Shown here: piece by piece, positions 60,701 through 64,000 of the stretch
How positions within the stretch are numbered: position 1 is the first letter of the stretch
How the letters are laid out: every line of letters starts with the position of its first letter
Assembly (NCBI GenBank): GCA_973895155.1
Contig: OZ316895.1
Span: 10,342,184-10,406,183 of the forward strand
DNA from: Marsupella aquatica
Taxonomy: Eukaryota; Plantae; Marchantiophyta
Direction of reading: 5' to 3'
DNA length: 64,000 nt
The notes under the pieces: generated by a model
The model's input: the letters and a program-made list of their open reading frames with translations, nothing else
Told to the model about the DNA's origin: nothing
The model's database searches: none
Translations under genes and position numbers: made by a program

Positions 60701-62472
60701 GGCTGGGGTTGCTCGATTTATTAGCCAGCTTGCGACGCGCGTACGTTTTGAACTGAAGCCTCATAGTGGGGCACTGTTGAAAGTTCTATTTTCTGCAGTG
60801 AAATCAGAAAAAAGTGCAGCTGCAAAGCGTGCCTTTGCAAATGCATGTGGGGCCGTGGCAAAGTATGGGGGAGAGCCTCAGATTGAATGGCTTCTTACGG
60901 AATCTGTGGCCTTGTATACCTCTGGCGCAGATAAAGATGCTCACATGGCAGGTGCTTTAGTTCTAGAACAGATTTCTTTGCAGGCCAGCGAAATTCTGAA
61001 GGGCCACTACGCTCTTATTCTACCAATTGCCTTCATTGGGAGGTTTGACGACGAAAAGGAAATAAGTAGAAGATTTGAGGAGCTTTGGGAGGAAAATACA
61101 AGTGGTGGAGCTGCCTTGCAGCTATACATGCCAGAAATTGTGGGTCTTTTGAGGGAGGGTATGAGCTCCTCTTCCTGGCCTCAGAAGAAGAAGACTGCCA
61201 AAGCAACAGCATATTTAGCTGAAAAGGCTGGTGAATCTGTAGGAACGTCTGTTCCTATTCTTTTAACAGATTTGCTGGGAGAGTTACCCGGCCGTCTCTG
61301 GGAGGGTAAGGAGGCCATTCTGGATAGTATAGGAACTCTCACACTATCATGTCCAAAGGCTATTCTATCAGGATGTGCAACTACAGGTTCCCCGGGGCCC
61401 GATGTAATCGTGAAAGATATCTTGGCTGCCTGCGGTCGGAAGAAAGGATCCTACCGAGTCGCAGCATTTAGCTGTCTAGAGGCTGTCCTTAAAGCATTTA
61501 AAGATTATGATCTCCTTGAGCAGATATTGCCTGTCTTGGCCGAGGAGAGCATGCAACCTCCAGCTCGAAAGGCGAGGAGTGATGGTACTTTAGACACTGA
61601 GCCGGACGAACCAAAAGATTCAACAGCAGTTGTGGACAAAGTGATGGCTTGCCTTTCTGCGGGCCTAAAATCGGCAGCACCTGCCAGTACATTAGCGCAT
61701 GGTAAAACTATAACAGAAGCACTAGTTTCTACTCTTTCACAGGGCCACTCTTGGCAAGTAAACTTGGCATCGTTGACAACCGTAAAAGTTTTTCTTGAAA
61801 AGCTTGGAGCCGTATTACGTTCCACAGACGATGGGTCGTCAGAGCTTTCGTTTGCCACCATCAAGCCTGTAAGTCCTTCAAGTATTAATCTCAACTCAAG
61901 TTATTATCGTGTTTTGTGATTATATCACGTGCAATAAGGTACAATCCAGTGGAGCTAATTTTTCCTCTTATGTTTGTGCAGTGGTTGGAAAGCTCAGTGC
62001 CTTCTATGCTTGACTGCATAAGCAATGTTAAAGTTCTCCAGGTGAGCACTTTCCTCGGGTCAGAAACCGAAAAGATTAGCTTCTTGGCAAGAAAGTGGTA
62101 CTGGTTCAAGATATCCAATAGCTCATTGGGGTTCTCTGTTCTCTTGGATTTATTGCTGTCTAATGCTAGTGGGATTTGGTATTCCAGCCAAGCGACTCAT
62201 CTTGAAACCAACCCACTCGCCCATTTCAACAGGCATCAACTAAGTTGTCCTGTCACTTGACCACTGTGCAGGTACACACTGCGGCCCTCGAGGCCTTAGT
62301 ACAAATTTTGGAGTTAAGTAATCTTGGTTCAGGCTTGGAAAACTCTCTTTCAGACACTCTAGTGGGTAGATTAAAAGAGGCGCTAGGTTTGGAGAAAAAT
62401 GCCGCTGCAAAATCGCTAATCACGCAGGCAATGGACTTGTTAAGAACTGTTGAAATACCAATGCAGGAGTAG
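51737..62472 (+). CDS. ECM29: Proteasome adaptor and scaffold protein ECM29 (HEAT repeats), multi-exon
   Basis: Starts MAAAGDAEDFAMLDRLLMRLALTEDAQLEKVLSKLLP, then VMEMLNHINKRVK. A large exon ~59170-61869 has [90 protein letters not shown] and GRLWEGKE. The last exon ends EIPMQE*. Confidence 0.95.
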
Positions 62473-64000
62473 TTCTTTGTACATATGTAAAGTATTTATT
62501 CATGCAAGAGACGGGGATCGGACACTTTTGCTGGGTCAACCATTCCTCTAGGCGTGCTCACGGGCTTGGGGTTTTGACGAACTGGATATCTCTCCCTTCT
62601 GCACGCAACAATCATTGGTACTACAGTATTTGAAGTTTATGTCGAAGCAAACCTAATGTGCTTTTAGTCAAAGGCCCTGAACATGTCATCCTAACAAGGT
62701 GTACGTGAACAAGACTTACGATGGCCGGTGTACCCCCATCTTACCTTTGACGAACGATGGAGTTCAGCTACTCTTCAATGCGTCCAGGCTTTGAACATTC
62801 TATAATATCTCGAGTTACTTACTACAATTGGGAGCTACTGTAGTTGAAACGAAGCACAAAAGCATGTCCTGAGAAAGATATTGGTGTTGACTGTACCTCC
62901 TAGCAAACAGCTTGTTGGAGAACGTCTTGTTTTGCACTGTAAGTATGAGTCACAGCTTACAACAGCAAATGCTTGAAAGCTGCCCAAGCTCGTAACCTGT
63001 CTACCCAAGCTCAACACTTCCAACTCGTCGTTTTCACATCCATCTGCTGACAGAAGATTGATTTGTCTATGCAAACTTCCAGCAACTAACATATACGTAA
63101 TCGTAGGGCCCTGTTCCTCCTTAGCCCCCTTCCCAAACAGGGACCGGGGCTCATATGAAACGAAGCTCTTACAGCTCAGATCTCGATAACAAACAGTAAT
63201 TCAAAGTTTGACGATGGCAAATATGAACAAACCTAGCAGTAGTCAGTCTTTTGAGGCCCCTGGACAAATAAATGAATGTAGTGCTACGAAGTCCGAAAGA
63301 GAGAGTGTGAACTTGTTACAGCATGTAGCACCTTCAAGGGCAAACCTTGCAGGAGATGATAGAATGAAGGTTATAGTATTGCTGCCTTTCTCAACGCCTG
63401 TCAATATAGCCCATTAAAGGTCACATTGCACTTTCAACCTGAAGGGGCACTTTCAATCTGAAGGCCAGCATGCCAACTCCTGGAGTGCATGGGTGACTTG
63501 TGTTGGTTACAGAAGTGAACCTTACACCCAAGACTTATATTGTCAAGCAACATACATGTTGTTCAACTTATATTATTTGTACATTGTACCACTCACACTC
63601 TACAAAACAGGGCCGCCCATAACTCCAACAACGCAATTTAAAGCATTGCCTCATGACTGTCCATTCAAACCGTGAGTCTTTGGATCCATTGAACAATCAT
63701 ATATTTGTAGCGTGAGTTTTCCCATCAATTTAATTATTTATTTTGATGCTGTACTGGTTTGCCTACACACATGGAGTTTCCCATGAGAAGTGGACTCTTT
63801 CTAACTATCACAACCAATGAAAAGTTCCTACCCTCCCAAGACCTTCTTTCAATGTAAGAAACAAAGTGCCTGCAGTGTCCTTTTTTTGCATCCATTTCAT
63901 ATCAATTCATTCAAAAATTTATAAAACAAGAACACAGATTTTCAGGGTGAGAGCAAAAGGTTGCTTTGATCATTCTTACACTTCCATTGTCATTGTTTTC

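Overview
Intron-rich land-plant nuclear DNA (the gene and intron style suggest a bryophyte, which is an inference). There are four host genes: ROMO1/Mgr2 (-, 1229-3009), a retinol-dehydrogenase-like SDR (-, 6585-11361), the Fused-family kinase TIO (-, 14823-23787) and the proteasome adaptor ECM29 (+, 51737-62472). Between TIO and ECM29 lies a complete 17.2-kb CACTA (En/Spm) transposon (28031-45231; 11-bp TIRs CACTAGAAGAA, 3-bp TSD CCC) inserted inside a non-autonomous Helitron. Its TnpD-like and TnpA-like genes are decayed. It also carries a co-oriented cassette of three uninterrupted, intronless accessory ORFs: an EDM2-like composite PHD-finger protein, a tandem-BRCT protein resembling the DNA polymerase lambda BRCT, and an unknown Cys/His-rich protein. 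It further contains a captured RPL18a last exon and a GC-rich minisatellite. This chromatin-reader plus DNA-repair-adaptor cargo is the best candidate for an undescribed system. All family assignments come from motif recognition by eye; no database searches were run.
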